Shown here piece after piece: positions 62,291-64,000 of a stretch of 64,000 bases of DNA; position 1 is the first letter of the stretch, and the number at the start of each line of letters is the position of its first letter. The notes under the pieces are model-generated. The model was not told where the DNA came from, ran no database searches, and saw only the letters and a program-made list of their open reading frames with translations. Source of the DNA: an uncultured Thiothrix sp. (GTDB taxonomy: Bacteria > Pseudomonadota > Gammaproteobacteria > Poriferisulfidales > GCA-002705445). The stretch spans positions 137,675-201,674 of the forward strand of contig CACJPG010000002.1 in the NCBI GenBank assembly GCA_902595225.1. The letters run 5' to 3'. The translations under genes were made by a program, and so were the position numbers.

Positions 62291-62689
62291 ATGAGTTTTA
62301 GAATAATACAACTAGAAAATTTAGATGTAGATGTGGAATATAAAAATGATTTAATAAAACTTTCCTTTATTAATGCGTCAGTAAAAAAAACAATGGAAGA
62401 TGCTGAGCAAAAAACCTTATGGCATCAAGATGGATCAATAATTATGAAAGACTCTGTAGAAGAAAATTTTAGTTTAAAAAATAAAGAGAAGATCATTTCT
62501 TTTAATATAAGTTTCGATTTTTATACTTATAAAAATATGCTTATTTTACCTTTTAACAAAAGAGGAAAATTGTTAATTGAATTCAATCTTTTAAATAGAA
62601 ACGATGTTTATAGTATTAGCTGTTCAGAAGTTAATCTGATAGAAGAGGGAGATCCAAGATATATTAAACACATAAGTAAAATGGAGTGA
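62291..62689 (+). CDS. hypothetical soluble protein
   Basis: 132 aa. No signal peptide or TM span. Beta-rich by eye. 1 nt after the gshA stop and 3 nt before the FAH gene. No family recognised. Confidence 0.6.
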   Translation: MSFRIIQLENLDVDVEYKNDLIKLSFINASVKKTMEDAEQKTLWHQDGSIIMKDSVEENFSLKNKEKIISFNISFDFYTYKNMLILPFNKRGKLLIEFNLLNRNDVYSISCSEVNLIEEGDPRYIKHISKME

Positions 62690-62692
62690 TAA

Positions 62693-63586
62693 ATGAAACT
62701 TTACATGGTTAGGCATAATAATAAAGATAGTATGGCAGTATCTGATGATGGCAGGAATTTTAAAATTTTAACATTGTCTAAATTTGCGCCTAATTCTTTT
62801 TCATGTATAGAGGAATTCTTAGAAGGAAGTTCTTTAGAGGAGCTAAGAAACTTTATCAGGAGAGAAGATTTAGATGATATAGTGGTTAATGAAGAAAATA
62901 TATTACCTCCTATTTCAAAACCTAAGCAGAACATTATGTGTATGGGATTAAATTACGAGGATCATATAAAAGAGTCAGAAAGAGTTTTTTTAAAAGATAT
63001 AAAAAGACCCAAATATCCAATTATTTTTACGAAATCAATTCTCAGCATCAATGCTCCTTATGGAAATATTGAATTACGAGATGAGGTTTCGTGTGAACTT
63101 GATTGGGAGTCTGAGTTAGCAGTTGTTATCGGCAACCCAGGGATTCGTATAAAAAAAGATGACGCATATAATCATATTTTTGGATATACAGTTCTGAATG
63201 ATATTTCAGCACGTGATATTCAAAGAAATCACAAACAGTTCTTCTTGGGTAAAAGCTTACCAGGTGCCTGTCCCATTGGGCCATGCATTGTAACAAAGGA
63301 CGAAATAGATAATCCACACAATCTTGATATTTTTTGCCGTGTTAATGGTCAAATTAAACAAGAATCTAATACAAAATTTCAAATCTTTGATATCCCATCT
63401 CAGATAGAAGCAATTTCCAAAAGTACTTATTTAATGCCAGGAGATATTATTGCAACTGGAACACCTAGTGGCGTCGGTTTTGCCAGAAAACCTCCAGAAT
63501 TTCTAAAAGATGGTGATATTGTCGAATGTGAAGTCGAAAAAATAGGAAAAATAATTAATAAAGTTATTGATTGTTCTCACCAATAA
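62693..63586 (+). CDS. fumarylacetoacetate hydrolase (FAH) family protein
   Basis: 297 aa. ESELAVVIG, NDISARD, GKSLPGACPIGP, and GDIIATGTPSGVG. Confidence 0.88.
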   Translation: MKLYMVRHNNKDSMAVSDDGRNFKILTLSKFAPNSFSCIEEFLEGSSLEELRNFIRREDLDDIVVNEENILPPISKPKQNIMCMGLNYEDHIKESERVFLKDIKRPKYPIIFTKSILSINAPYGNIELRDEVSCELDWESELAVVIGNPGIRIKKDDAYNHIFGYTVLNDISARDIQRNHKQFFLGKSLPGACPIGPCIVTKDEIDNPHNLDIFCRVNGQIKQESNTKFQIFDIPSQIEAISKSTYLMPGDIIATGTPSGVGFARKPPEFLKDGDIVECEVEKIGKIINKVIDCSHQ

Positions 63587-64000
63587 TTTTCAGTTGTTAT
63601 GTGCCCAGGTGATCTTCTTCTATGTTTTTCAAGGCCTATTTTTTTTAGTTCTATAGTTGTATCTCTTAACATATCTGGATTCCCACAAAGCATCACGTGC
63701 GTGTTTTCTGGCAGCATTTTGATTCCCACTTTTTCTTGAAGAGTTCCTTTTTTGATACTATCTGGAATTCTTCCAGGTAAAGAATTTTTGGACTTTTCTC
63801 TACTTACAAAAGTTATATAAATAAATCTGTCTTTATACTTCTCTTTCAACTCTTTTATAGTTTCTTGATATGTAAGTTCTTTTTCGAACCGAACGGCATG
63901 GACCAGAATCGCTTTTTCAAATCTTTTCCAAGAAGATTCTGTTTTTAATATTGATAAATATGGTCCAATTCCAGTTCCAGTAGCTAGCATCCATATATTT
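63577..64000 (-). CDS. fpr: ferredoxin--NADP+ reductase, C-terminal part (5' end outside window)
   Basis: ...NIWMLATGTGIGPYLSIL matches E. coli Fpr LWMLATGTAIGPYLSIL. MLCGNPDM. Terminal ...ENYW matches the Fpr C-terminal Tyr-Trp. The frame stays open to the window edge. Confidence 0.85.
   Translation of the reverse strand, partial: NIWMLATGTGIGPYLSILKTESSWKRFEKAILVHAVRFEKELTYQETIKELKEKYKDRFIYITFVSREKSKNSLPGRIPDSIKKGTLQEKVGIKMLPENTHVMLCGNPDMLRDTTIELKKIGLEKHRRRSPGHITTENYW

Overview
This 64-kb window is visibly AT-rich (about one-third G+C by eye) and very gene-dense. It looks like the chromosomal core of a streamlined, probably marine, gammaproteobacterium.

**Gene order.** The order reads as a concatenation of housekeeping blocks that I recall from Pseudomonas-type genomes:
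- dut-algC-argB
- ispH-lspA-ileS-ribF-murJ / rpsT / proB-obg-rpmA-rplU / ispB
- gmk-rpoZ-spoT-ridA-recG
- hemD-hemC / argH-lptM-lysA-dapF-yigA-xerC
- DUF971-ubiE-ubiJ-ubiB-uvrD
- thrB / polA / engB / cc4-dsbA
- ubiK / glnK-amtB
- priA-argS-SPOR-nadA
- hemH-fxsA
- groESL
- ampD, gshA, fpr

**What I call.** About 70 CDS, 2 tRNAs (Thr-CGU, Arg-CCG), three in-frame coding tandem repeats, and several regulatory sites:
- a textbook CIRCE operator with a sigma70 promoter in front of groES
- two GG-N10-GC sigma54 promoters, plus an NtrC-type dyad in front of glnK-amtB
- candidate Pho boxes
- four to five intrinsic terminators

**What is absent.** I see no CRISPR array, IS or transposon, prophage, integron, or recognisable defence or toxin-antitoxin module. 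Every ORF over 100 aa except five can be assigned to a known family.

**Assessment.** I do not see a convincing new multi-gene system. The best leads are:
1. A split TRAP transporter with an unrecognisable 6-TM gene wedged between dctP and a convergent thrB-dctQ-dctM unit.
2. A very acidic outer-membrane beta-barrel with its own sigma54 promoter directly upstream of glnK-amtB, preceded by a 316-bp structured non-coding gap.
3. An ACR3 arsenite exporter translationally abutted to a Lys/Glu-rich repeat protein, next to an orphan pstS and a divergent phosphate porin.
4. An RpoZ with a long acidic tail carrying a near-perfect 42-bp duplication.
5. Several small or orphan ORFs.

All family assignments come from motif recognition by eye, not from searches.
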